A stretch of 64,000 bases of DNA from a virus (Duplodnaviria > Caudoviricetes): the IMG/VR virus record IMGVR_UViG_3300028591_003923, positions 1-64,000 of that record; one strand, given 5' to 3'. The stretch's first letter is position 1; every line of letters starts with the position of its first letter. The translations under genes and the position numbers were made by a program. The notes under the pieces are model-generated. The model made no database searches. It had not been told where the DNA came from and saw only the letters and a list, made by a program, of their open reading frames with translations. Of this stretch, positions 51,880 to 61,513 are shown in pieces.

Positions 51880-52113
51880 TTGCAGGATGAAAAAATTTAT
51901 AGAATCCTTAGAAAGCCTGAGGGTGGATATACTATTGAGTGGTCGTGGTCACATGGCGATGAATGGTATTGGTATGATGAAGCATATACACTTTGGGGAG
52001 CTAGAAGTAAGATTAGAAAATCAGAAAAAAAATTTGATGACCCATTTGTTGTAGGTGTATACAATAATAGGGGAGAAGAAATTGTTGAGGTTAATAAGCG
52101 GTTGAACTTTTAA
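51880..52113 (+). CDS. Hypothetical protein
   Basis: aggagg RBS with TTG start. Confidence 0.55.
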   Translation: MQDEKIYRILRKPEGGYTIEWSWSHGDEWYWYDEAYTLWGARSKIRKSEKKFDDPFVVGVYNNRGEEIVEVNKRLNF

Positions 52114-52129
52114 AGGAAGTTCAACCGTT

Positions 52130-53290
52130 TTTATTATACGTTGAAGGCGCGCGGTCGTAAAATTTTCCAAAAACCTGTATCAATTTTGGGAAAAATTATG
52201 GTGCGGGCGCAGAGTACGTAGATAATTTTGCAGAAAATATGGGACGGCCGCAGAGTACATAATATCGGGTACATATGGGCGTGTATAATTTTGTAGGATT
52301 TTCCAAAACGAAATATTTTCCAAAAACATAGTGGGCGCATATTTTTCCAAGAATTTCTGCGGTCTAAAATTTTCCAAAAAATTCCAAAATTCGGGTCTGA
52401 AAAAATTAAGAGAAACTTAAACTTTTTTCTACTTATAATCGTATTAAGAAAACTTATACATATAACGTATACGTATATAGTATATATATACGTATACGTT
52501 TTTCTTATACGTAAATAGGCAAACCCGCGAAGCGGGGGAATCGCGGAGGAAAGGGAACGCAAGCGGAGCGCGCGTTGCCGCATCCGTAGCAGGTTCGCTG
52601 AGTGTAGGCGCGAAGCGCCGGAACGGAAGCGAAACGCAGCTTCAACGGAAAACGTATACGTATATAGTATACGTATATAGGGTACGGTAAACCATGGATA
52701 TAAAAAATGGTCCGCGCGCAATGTACGGAAAACGGATACGCAAAAACGTATACGTATATAAGTAAGGTAAACGTATACGTATATAGGGTACGAAAATGTA
52801 GGGGAAGCGGAGGTAAGTAATTGTATAGGTTAAACGTATACAATAAACGTATACGTAAATAGGGCGTAGCGGTCTAGCTAATGCGGATAAGTAAAGCGGT
52901 GGCGTATACGGTAAAGGTAGCGGTAAACGTATACGTAAAGTAAGACTTAGTATGTTAAAGGGTGTTTAACGTACACGTCCAACGTATACGACTTATGTAC
53001 ATTAGGCTCCCATTTGTTGCCACGTGACGTGCAAGGACGGCAGATGTTGCGCATTAGGGGTCTGCAATAGGGGCAGTAGGCATAGGAACGGTATAATTCG
53101 TGGCAATAGGTGGTAGTAAGTGGAAATAAGTGAAAATAAGTGGCTGCCACAGCCATTGACAAAAATCAAATTTTTATTTAAAAAAATAAAAAATTTTTGA
53201 AAAAAACGTCCAACGTATACGAAAAACGTATACGTAAAGGGGTTCTCAACGTATAAGTTGAACGTATAAGTCCCTCTTCAGGCTTTCCGA
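52130..53290. repeat. Non-coding palindrome-rich region (about ten CGTATACG copies, GCGAAGC mini-hairpins); candidate origin or terminus
   Basis: aacgtatacg at about 52464, 52651, 52745, 52770, 52846, 52926, 52981, 53212, 53225; no credible ORF. Confidence 0.75.
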
Positions 53291-53356
53291 CGCTTCCGCG
53301 CCAATAAAAAAAGAACAGGTCTTCCGACCTGTCCCTTTGAAGAGGCTTTTCTTACA

Positions 53357-53698
53357 CTAGCAAGCGATGTAGCCTTTCTGCATTCCCTTGCCCTTAATTT
53401 TAACGTCCGTTACGTCCGCCTGTCCGTCCTTTACAGCCTGTCTGCACAGTGCTGAAGCCTTCTGAGTGGACACTCCCAGCTTCTCACCGACCATTGTAGC
53501 TGTCTGCGGCTCGTCAGTAAGGATTTCCGCAACAATCTTCTCAATCAGTGGAGCGTTCTCCTGAGCTTTCTTGGACACTCTCTCGCGTCTCTTAGCGTTT
53601 GCGGCGTCCATTTTCTTCAGCTCTTCACCTGCCATAGCCTGGATTTCCTCTGTCATTGTTCCGTTAACGATTGCTTCCATGAATTCTCTCTTAGTCAT
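53357..53698 (-). CDS. Winged-HTH-like small basic protein (paralogue 1)
   Basis: MTKREF..STQKASALCRQ..DVKIKGKG.QKGY. Confidence 0.8.
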   Translation of the reverse strand: MTKREFMEAIVNGTMTEEIQAMAGEELKKMDAANAKRRERVSKKAQENAPLIEKIVAEILTDEPQTATMVGEKLGVSTQKASALCRQAVKDGQADVTDVKIKGKGMQKGYIAC

Positions 53699-54027
53699 TT
53701 TAATTCTCTCTTTCTCGCGTAGGTCGCGACCCAGTTACTTTGATTTTTTAGGGAGAGAAGTTACTTTTCTCTCTCACTTTCTATATATATTATATAAGAA
53801 TTTCCAGACTTTTTCAAGTTTTTACTTGTTCTTTCCAGCGCATCGGCGGAGCTGGAGTCTGGACGGGAAGAACTTTTCTATTCTTTCCTCTTTCATCTTA
53901 CATATATATTATAGCTAAAATTTAATAAATTCTCAAATTTTATTCAATTTAAAATGCGGCGCGCTCAAAATTTGATTTTTTAAGTCAAATTTCCAGGCGG
54001 CCCCGTTAAAAACTTAAAGAAATACGG

Positions 54028-54170
54028 GCGCAGCTCCGAATTTCCTCCGATGAAGAGGGACAATCGCAGCTCCCCAAGCCTCTTCAGCGCAGCTCCCTCC
54101 GTGTGGAATAATCGCAGCTCGTCCGCGGCGTGTGGACGCAGCTCCCGCGCAGCTCCTTATCGCAGCTCCT
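54028..54170 (+). repeat. Seven direct repeats of CGCAGCTC
   Basis: Copies at about 54029, 54065, 54088, 54113, 54138, 54148, 54161. Confidence 0.85.
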
Positions 54171-54431
54171 GGACGGCCATTTATAACGGACGCTCCACGC
54201 GGCGTGGCTGCCGTCGGTGGACGCGAAACAACGACAGACTTCGTTTGTTAATTAACAAACAATCGGCGTACCGAACGGATGTTTGCTGGCAAAATCTGGA
54301 AAAGCTGGGAAAAACTGGAAATTTTTGACGTCTAAAGATTTGAATATTCTGAAAATTAGACGTATAACGTCTAAGATATGGCGTGACGTCTAAGGAAATA
54401 AAAACGGTTCATTTGAACCGTCTTTCTTTTT

Positions 54432-54647
54432 TTATATGGTGTAAAGGTCTGTTCCTTTGTATGGTTTAATTATTCCATTTTCTATCAATTCATTCCATAC
54501 CTTTTCAAGTTCTTCTTCTGTAAATGCTATATCTACATTTTTGAATCCGTTAATAAATGTTGCTTTTTTAAATGGAAGTCCTGCATGATTTGTTGTCCAT
54601 GTTATAACCGCTTTTGTAATTTTCAATTCTCTGATAATGTTAATCAT
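54432..54647 (-). CDS. Hypothetical protein
   Basis: MINIIRELK..; aaagga RBS. Confidence 0.55.
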   Translation of the reverse strand: MINIIRELKITKAVITWTTNHAGLPFKKATFINGFKNVDIAFTEEELEKVWNELIENGIIKPYKGTDLYTI

Positions 54648-54648
54648 T

Positions 54649-54855
54649 TTATTTTTTCCTTTCTGCAAGTCTGCGATTAATTTCTTTTTTAACGCTATCA
54701 TAAATATATCCACAATTATAATAATCACAACTATCATAACCCGCCATTATATCATCAAAAACTACTGCAAAGTTTTCTCCATTTTCTACGCAATGGCACA
54801 TTTCTTCTAAATCATCATCACAAATTGTAATTACTCCAGTGTATTCAAAGTCCAT
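54649..54855 (-). CDS. Hypothetical acidic protein
   Basis: aaggag RBS; own promoter. Confidence 0.65.
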   Translation of the reverse strand: MDFEYTGVITICDDDLEEMCHCVENGENFAVVFDDIMAGYDSCDYYNCGYIYDSVKKEINRRLAERKK

Positions 54856-54893
54856 TTTTTATTCTCCTTTCTTTTGATTACATTATTATTATA

Positions 54894-55076
54894 TCAGAAG
54901 TCTTTTAATTTGTCAAGTATTATTTGTTCTCTTTTTATGTTTTTATAAAGTCTATTTTCTTTACACCATAGACAAGAGCCATGATTTCTACAAGTACAGT
55001 CTATTGCTTTTGCTCCATAATATGGTTTTCTATGCTCTTTTTTGTGTTCAATTGCTTTGTCTAACATATCTATCAT
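54894..55076 (-). CDS. Small conserved phage protein (KEHRKPY..CRNHGSC..C)
   Basis: Zn-binding-like motif; aaggag RBS. Confidence 0.7.
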   Translation of the reverse strand: MIDMLDKAIEHKKEHRKPYYGAKAIDCTCRNHGSCLWCKENRLYKNIKREQIILDKLKDF

Positions 55077-55226
55077 CTCCTTACATTATTATTATATAGG
55101 AATTTTTATATATTGTCAAGTACTTTTTAAAAATATTTTGACGTCTAAGTTACATATAATTTAGACGTTTAACGTCTAAGAATGAGTACAAAAAAACGTG
55201 CTCCCATTTCGGGAGCACGCTCACCC

Positions 55227-55556
55227 TTACTTGGCACGCATCTTTTCGTCATGCTCAATTTTTTTGGCTTTCTCTTCGGCTTTCTTTTTTGCCTTGAGTT
55301 CTTTTTCCTTGAGTTTATGCTCGTAATCTTCGGCTTCGGCATAACCGTCAAATGGTTCTCTGCCTTTGTCTGCGCCAGTAGGAATTGTAATTGTAATTAC
55401 TGCCCACTTTTCGTCACCATTTTCATCAACGCAAGGGGTACAAATTGCATTAGATTTGTACTGTAAAATCTCATAATTATCTTTTGAAAAATATTCTTTG
55501 ATGAGTTCAAGAAAGCCCTGTCTGAGATTTTCATTTGCGATTTTGTTTGATACCAT
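55227..55556 (-). CDS. Hypothetical protein (paralogue of 58325-58657)
   Basis: EKW..PTGADKGREP.DGYAEAEDY.HKLKEKE. Confidence 0.8.
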   Translation of the reverse strand: MVSNKIANENLRQGFLELIKEYFSKDNYEILQYKSNAICTPCVDENGDEKWAVITITIPTGADKGREPFDGYAEAEDYEHKLKEKELKAKKKAEEKAKKIEHDEKMRAK

Positions 55557-55958
55557 ATATATCACTTCCTTTCAAGTATATGATACTACTTTTATAGTAT
55601 ATTGTCAAGTGTTTATAAATAAATTTCTTTTTCTTTTTCGTAAATTTCCATTTCTTCTACAATTATATTTCTTGAGATGCCCTCTTCGTCTGTAAAAACT
55701 TCAAAGTTTTCACAACCGTTTTTTACTGCCCATTCATATAATTCTTTAATTGTATTAATAATATGTGCCTTCATTTTTTTATTCTCCTTTCATTTTCTAT
55801 ATATATTATATAGGATAGAATTGTATTTGTCAACAACTATTTTGACGTCTAAAGAAAAATTTTTTATAACTTAGACGTTTAACGTCTAAGGCGGCCGCGC
55901 GGTTAGACGTCAAAAAAAGTATAAAATAAAAGCGGTTTTATGTAAACCGCCTTATTTT

Positions 55959-56627
55959 TTATTTAAAACATTTTCTTCTCATTTTTTTATGCTGTGCCAT
56001 ACAATGAGCGAATATCTCCTTTTCAATTAATACATCTTCAAGTCCTGTGTGACTTTCGTCAAAGTTTTCTTGTCCTGTGATATATCTATAAAGTATTTCT
56101 GCGGTTGCACGCACCTGTCCATTTTTACAAATATATCCGTTGTCTTTCGCCCATTGTTTATACATTTTTTGTTTGCATATTGTGTCCTGTGCCATTTTCA
56201 GAGTATCCCATAAAATTGTACCGTATGGGAGAAAATATCTATATTTTGATTTTGTTAAATATCTCTGTGTTGTTGCGGTTGACTTGTAGTCAAATCTTGC
56301 GTTGTGTGCAATAAGAATATTTATGTTATATTCTTTACAAATGTTATAAATATAATTTTTAATTGTTGCCCACCTTGCGACTTTGCGCTGTCCTGTTTTT
56401 ATTTGTTCTTCATAGCGTGGAATTTTTTCGGCATAATACGCTGATTTCATCAAGTCTTTCATTTTATAAAAGACTTCATAATTAACGAATGAAAAGGTGT
56501 GATATACATTTCCTTTTTTGTCTACTACCGCACCGCCTATGTCGTAAACGATAGGGTCATCCATTGAGTTGGTTGTTTCTGTATCAAATACTAAATAATA
56601 AGTTTTTCTTCTGTCAATTTTTTCCAT
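55959..56627 (-). CDS. DEDDh 3'-5' exonuclease (paralogue 1)
   Basis: FDTETT, AHNARFD, HTGLED. Confidence 0.85.
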   Translation of the reverse strand: MEKIDRRKTYYLVFDTETTNSMDDPIVYDIGGAVVDKKGNVYHTFSFVNYEVFYKMKDLMKSAYYAEKIPRYEEQIKTGQRKVARWATIKNYIYNICKEYNINILIAHNARFDYKSTATTQRYLTKSKYRYFLPYGTILWDTLKMAQDTICKQKMYKQWAKDNGYICKNGQVRATAEILYRYITGQENFDESHTGLEDVLIEKEIFAHCMAQHKKMRRKCFK

Positions 56628-56842
56628 TATTTTTTCTTCCTTTCTGTCCTCTTCAAGGACAATATTATAATATCATATTTTGATATAGTTGTCAACATAT
56701 TTTTTGTTGATTTTGACGTCTAAGTTTTAAAAACTTAGACGTTTAACGTCTAAGAATATAAGGCGCGCCTTATCTAGAAGGCGCGAGCGTGAAGAGGATA
56801 CATGCGAGCATGAGCAAGGCGCGAGCAATTGTAATTTCCATT

Positions 56843-57022
56843 TTATTCTCCTTTTGCATTTTTTGCACTTTTAAATTTAAATCGTTCTTTAATCCAGAAC
56901 TTTTTACCACATTCAGAACATTCTACTTCTACATCGGCAGTTACAGAATCTCCTTCGTAATCATAACCCTCGATAAAGATAACTTCATAATCTTCACATT
57001 TACATTTTGGACATCTAACCAT
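56843..57022 (-). CDS. 59-aa zinc-ribbon protein (below ORF-track cutoff)
   Basis: MVRCPKC..ECSECGKKF; aaggag RBS. Confidence 0.7.
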   Translation of the reverse strand: MVRCPKCKCEDYEVIFIEGYDYEGDSVTADVEVECSECGKKFWIKERFKFKSAKNAKGE

Positions 57023-57205
57023 TTTTTTTATCTCCTTTCTTATTACACTATTATAATATCATATTAATATATCTGTGTCAAATACTTTTTTATAAAATAA
57101 GAAAATTTTTGACGTCTAATGTCTGGAATTTAACTTAGACGTTTAACGTCTAAACTTTTCTCAAAAAAACGAGCACACCTTTCGGTGTACTCGCGCGGTA
57201 GAAAG

Positions 57206-57535
57206 TTACTCTGCGATGAAGTAACCCTTCTGAGTTCCCTTCCCCTTGACCTTGACGTCCGTAACCTTGACGTCCATCTGTCTGAGAAGTGCGCTCGCCT
57301 TCTGTGTTGAGATTTCAACCAACTTGGCGATTGTGCTCGCTGTCATTGGCTCTGTTGTCAGAACCTTTGCGATTTCTGCCTTGATTGGCTCGTTGGCAAG
57401 TGCTGTCTTGCTTGGACGCTCTGCTCTCTTTGCGTTGCGCCTGTCAAGAGATTCAATTTCCTTCTGTGCGAAGTCCTTCATCTCCTGTGATTCTACCATT
57501 GCGATAACGTTCTCCATGAATTCTCTCTTTGTCAT
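57206..57535 (-). CDS. Winged-HTH-like small basic protein (paralogue 2)
   Basis: MTKREF..STQKASALLRQ..DVKVKGKGTQKGY. Confidence 0.8.
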   Translation of the reverse strand: MTKREFMENVIAMVESQEMKDFAQKEIESLDRRNAKRAERPSKTALANEPIKAEIAKVLTTEPMTASTIAKLVEISTQKASALLRQMDVKVTDVKVKGKGTQKGYFIAE

Positions 57536-57972
57536 TGTAAGTACCTTTCCTTTCTTTTTTTTCTTTTCTTTAACTTACATATACATTTTATCATATGTTT
57601 TTTATGTTGTCAAGGGATTTTTTAAAGTTTTCCGCAAATTCTTTAAATATTTCTGAAGCAAGATTTTTGGTTTGTCCATGCGTCTTGGTTTTCCGTTCTT
57701 TTTGCTCTCCCTTGGAACAATTATATTGTATCACGTTTCCGTGATATTGTCAAGAGGAAATTTCTTCTTTTTTGAAATAAATTTCAAAACCGACCTCCGA
57801 CCACTCTACTTCTTTCCTCTTGACAAGTATATATTACTACAACTATTATATAATGTCAACCCCTTTTAATAAAATTTTATCTATATTTTTAAAATTTTTG
57901 ACGTCTAAGATTAAAAGGAACTTTTAGACGTTTAACGTCTAAAGAAAAAAGGACGCATGCGCGTCCTCTACA

Positions 57973-58128
57973 TTAATAGTCTTTTGTTATACCTATAAGA
58001 CAAATTATTTTTTCTGATATTTCTGTCGCGGCAATTTCACAACCATCGCTATCATTAATGGCAACCATTACTTTTGCATTAGGACTATATTCTTTTAATT
58101 CTTCGATGAGTTCTGCTACTGTTATCAT
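57973..58128 (-). CDS. Small hypothetical protein
   Basis: MITVAELIEELK; own promoter and terminator. Confidence 0.6.
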   Translation of the reverse strand: MITVAELIEELKEYSPNAKVMVAINDSDGCEIAATEISEKIICLIGITKDY

Positions 58129-58324
58129 TTTTCTACCTTCTTTCTGCTCCCCTTGGAACAATTATATTATAACACTTTCAAAGTGAATGTCAACACTTTT
58201 TAAAAATTATTTTGACGTCTAATTTATTTAATTTTGGATTAGACGTTTAACGTCTAAAGCGGACGGCCGCCTTAGACGTCAAAAAATGCTTAAAAAAAGA
58301 ACAGACTTTCGTCTGTTCTCTTTT

Positions 58325-58657
58325 TTACTTTTGTTCACGCATCTTTTTATCGTGTTCAATTTTTTTTTCTTTTTCGGCTTTCTTTTTCTCTGCCTTAATT
58401 TCCTTTTCTTTCAACTTGTGAGCATAGTCCTCTGCCTCTGCATAACCGTCATAAGGCTCGCGACCTTTATCTGCTCCCGTTGGAACTTTTACAGTGAGCA
58501 CAATCCATTTTTCGTTGTCCTCTTCATCAATTACGGGAATTGCAATCTCATTAGATTTTACCCGCAGAACCTCTTCATTTTCTTTGAAGAAATTGGTAAT
58601 AGTTTCAAGATAAGTTTCTCTTAATCTTTCGTTAAGTACTCTGTTTGAAAGTGCCAT
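58325..58657 (-). CDS. Hypothetical protein (paralogue of 55227-55556)
   Basis: Near-identical central motif; aaggag RBS. Confidence 0.8.
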   Translation of the reverse strand: MALSNRVLNERLRETYLETITNFFKENEEVLRVKSNEIAIPVIDEEDNEKWIVLTVKVPTGADKGREPYDGYAEAEDYAHKLKEKEIKAEKKKAEKEKKIEHDKKMREQK

Positions 58658-58728
58658 AATTTTTTCTCCTTTCTTATTTTCTATATATATTATATCACAA
58701 ATTTTTAATTTTGTCAAATTATTTTTTC

Positions 58729-58971
58729 TTAAGAAATTATACCACCAAGAAGTTTTATAGCGAGCAAGCCACAAGTAATGGCAAGACATGAACAGTCTTT
58801 GACTTTATCCGCAAGCGGACGTTTGAGCACGAACGTGCGAGCAACCGCGCACACATTAGCGGTAAGATATATGCACTGTCCGATAATAAAGTTACTGCCT
58901 ACTGTACACTGTCCGATAATAAGACATATAAGAACAAAATAATTAAGTGTTTCAAAAATTTTTTCTTTCAT
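58729..58971 (-). CDS. Small membrane protein
   Basis: Three hydrophobic segments. Confidence 0.65.
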   Translation of the reverse strand: MKEKIFETLNYFVLICLIIGQCTVGSNFIIGQCIYLTANVCAVARTFVLKRPLADKVKDCSCLAITCGLLAIKLLGGIIS

Positions 58972-59154
58972 TGTTTTACTTCCTTTCTTTTCCTTTTGTA
59001 ATTAAATTATATATTATTAAAATATGTTTGTCAAGTATTATTTTTTAAAAATGACGTCTAATGTTTTGTTAATCTTAGACGTTTAACGTCTAAACATTTC
59101 CCCAACAAAAAACCGTCACATTTCTGTGACGGTTTCCGTGACGGTTAGCAAAGT

Positions 59155-59496
59155 CTATGCAACCTTGTACCCTTTCTGAGTACCCTTACCCTTTACCTTT
59201 ACATCTGTTACAGTGAGCGTACCATCTGTAACCATCTGTCTGCAAAGAGCACTGACTTTCTGTGTGGTGAGTTCAAGACCCTTTCCGATTTCGCTTGCAA
59301 CGGTGAAGTCCTTTCCATTAAGGAAGTCAAGGATGTTTGTTTTAATTGGCTCGTTTTCAATTGCTTTCTTTGATGGCTGATTTGCTCTCTTTGCGTTTCT
59401 TGCATCAAGTTTTGCAATTGCATTTGTTGCATGTTCCATCATTTCGTCATTGATAATTCCATTCATAACGTTTTCAAAAAATTCTCTGTTTGTCAT
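59155..59496 (-). CDS. Winged-HTH-like small basic protein (paralogue 3)
   Basis: MTNREF..TTQKVSALCRQ..DVKVKGKGTQKGY. Confidence 0.8.
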   Translation of the reverse strand: MTNREFFENVMNGIINDEMMEHATNAIAKLDARNAKRANQPSKKAIENEPIKTNILDFLNGKDFTVASEIGKGLELTTQKVSALCRQMVTDGTLTVTDVKVKGKGTQKGYKVA

Positions 59497-59907
59497 AATT
59501 TTACCTACTTTCTTGCGTTGGTCGCAACCCTTTTTAATTTTACTTTTGGGAGTTCCTTTTGTCTCCCTTTACCTTACATTTATATTGTAGCAAACTTTTT
59601 TAAGTTTGTCAATATCTTTTTTAGATTTTTTTAAAAAAGTTTTTCGAGTGCGCACTCCATAAGTTCTGACACTTTAGTAGTCACGGATTAGTTTTTCCTC
59701 TATTCACTGGGGAGTACCCTTTTTCTCTCTCCCTTGGAACAATTATATTATATCACTTTGAATATATAAGTCAATACCTTTTTTAATTTTGAAGAGGATT
59801 TTTTGACGTCTAATTTATTTAATTTTGGGTTTAGACGTTTAACGTCTAAGTCAACCGCGCGCCTTAGACGTCAAAAATTCTAAAAAAATAAGGGGAATTT
59901 CTCCCCT

Positions 59908-60657
59908 TTATTTAATGATAATCGTATCTTTACTTTTTAATATTCGGTAACTTTTGCAAGAAATTTCCAAAAGTTTTTCTTTATCGTGTAATATTGTGAG
60001 AATTTTGGAAGTTTCTCTAACTATACTTCTTTTTATAGGATAATTTCCAAAAATTTCTGCGCCTCTGTTTAAAGTTTCAAAAAGAATTTGTGTTTCTATT
60101 AAACTATCACTTAATGCGGTATGGTCTTCGATAAAGTCTATATTATCGGAAATATATTGCATCACTGTTTCTGCGGTGGTAGAATAATTACCACTTTCTG
60201 TAAATCTTTCGTTATCTTCGCAAAACTTTTTATATTCATTATCAATAATAAATTGATGAACAAAACCCCTTATATCTTTTATTTCTACATCATCAAATGG
60301 ATTATTGCATTTAAACCAATCGCAATTGAAATCGAAAACTTTTTCATCAAACTTACAATTATAGGCAAATGCGCATTCTACTTCAAACTTTTTAAAATCT
60401 CTTATCATTTTCTGGCAAATGTAACCAAATTTTTCCATTTTGGTTTCTTTTGCTCTCATTGCTTTAACATAAATCGGTCTTTTTTCTGCGTAATATGCGG
60501 AAGCAAAGCACATTTTATTATGCCAAACTTGTTCTACAACAAAATCTTTTTGGGAAAGAATTTGTTCTGTTTCTACGTTAGCAATTACATAACCAATATT
60601 ATAACAAAAAGGTTTATCAAGTGAAGTGGTTTCTGTGTCAAAAATTACAATATTCAT
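59908..60657 (-). CDS. DEDDh 3'-5' exonuclease (paralogue 2)
   Basis: FDTETT, AYNCKFD, HTALSD; shares SAYYAEK with paralogue 1. Confidence 0.85.
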   Translation of the reverse strand: MNIVIFDTETTSLDKPFCYNIGYVIANVETEQILSQKDFVVEQVWHNKMCFASAYYAEKRPIYVKAMRAKETKMEKFGYICQKMIRDFKKFEVECAFAYNCKFDEKVFDFNCDWFKCNNPFDDVEIKDIRGFVHQFIIDNEYKKFCEDNERFTESGNYSTTAETVMQYISDNIDFIEDHTALSDSLIETQILFETLNRGAEIFGNYPIKRSIVRETSKILTILHDKEKLLEISCKSYRILKSKDTIIIK

Positions 60658-60826
60658 TCTATATTCTCCTTTCCTTTTGACTACATATATTATATAGGAT
60701 AGAAGTTACTTTGTCAAGACTTTTAGGAAAAAATCGAAAGATTTTTTGACGTCTAAACTGAAGAGGAACTTATTTTAGACGTTTAACGTCTAAGATACGT
60801 TGAGTGCGCGAACTCAACCGGCGCAC

Positions 60827-60976
60827 TCAACGAAGGAGGAAAAGGAATATATTAAAAGAACTGTATTGCGGATTTTCAGTAAGATTTTTTAGGATAATTT
60901 CTATCCAAGAAAAACCTATCCATAAAAGTAATAAACAATTTATAAGAATTATTATTTTCCAAATTATATTTTTCAT
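60827..60976 (-). CDS. 49-aa membrane peptide
   Basis: MKNIIWKIIILINCLLLLWIGFSWIEI..; own promoter. Confidence 0.55.
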   Translation of the reverse strand: MKNIIWKIIILINCLLLLWIGFSWIEIILKNLTENPQYSSFNIFLFLLR

Positions 60977-61149
60977 TTTGCCATACCCCCTTGACAATTA
61001 TATTATAACACTTTGAAGAGGAAAGTCAAGTGTTTTTTTAAAAAAGTTATAGGAATTTATTTAGACGTTAAACGTCTAAGCAAAATCTTTTCGGAAATAA
61101 TCCGAAAAGATTTTGAAAAGATGAGGTAAATAAAAGTGATTTTTTACAA

Positions 61150-61350
61150 TTAATCATTTTTTGCTTGTCTGAAGAGGCAAGACAATAGGAACATTACTAT
61201 CCATAAAAGAAGTACCCATTTCCATGTAAAAGTTATTCCAACAATTTTACACACTGCGAATACTATTAGCGCATCGATACCAAATTCTATGATATTAGCG
61301 ATAATTAATGTTGCGATTATTGCAATTATTGTTTTCCCTGTTTTATTCAT
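61150..61350 (-). CDS. Small membrane protein
   Basis: Two hydrophobic helices; aaagga RBS. Confidence 0.65.
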   Translation of the reverse strand: MNKTGKTIIAIIATLIIANIIEFGIDALIVFAVCKIVGITFTWKWVLLLWIVMFLLSCLFRQAKND

Positions 61351-61513
61351 TGTTTTTACTTCCTTTCTGTTCTCCCTTGGAACAATTATATATTACCATA
61401 TCATATACGTAATGTCAATAGATAAATTAAAAAAAGATAAATTTATTTGACGTCTAAGTTTGAAGAGGGACTTAGACGTTTAACGTCTAAAATAAAAAGG
61501 TTAAAAACAACCG

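Noticed and set aside
52134-53162. Minus-strand ORFs up to 195 aa
   Set aside because: Low-complexity Y/T/V/R translation of palindromic repeats; no RBS.
54050-54328. 92-aa Arg/Ser-rich ORF
   Set aside because: Product of the CGCAGCTC repeats, on the strand opposite to the module.
54323-61490. CRISPR array interpretation of the TTAGACGT repeats
   Set aside because: Intervals are hundreds of bp, variable, and contain promoters and genes; no cas genes in the window.
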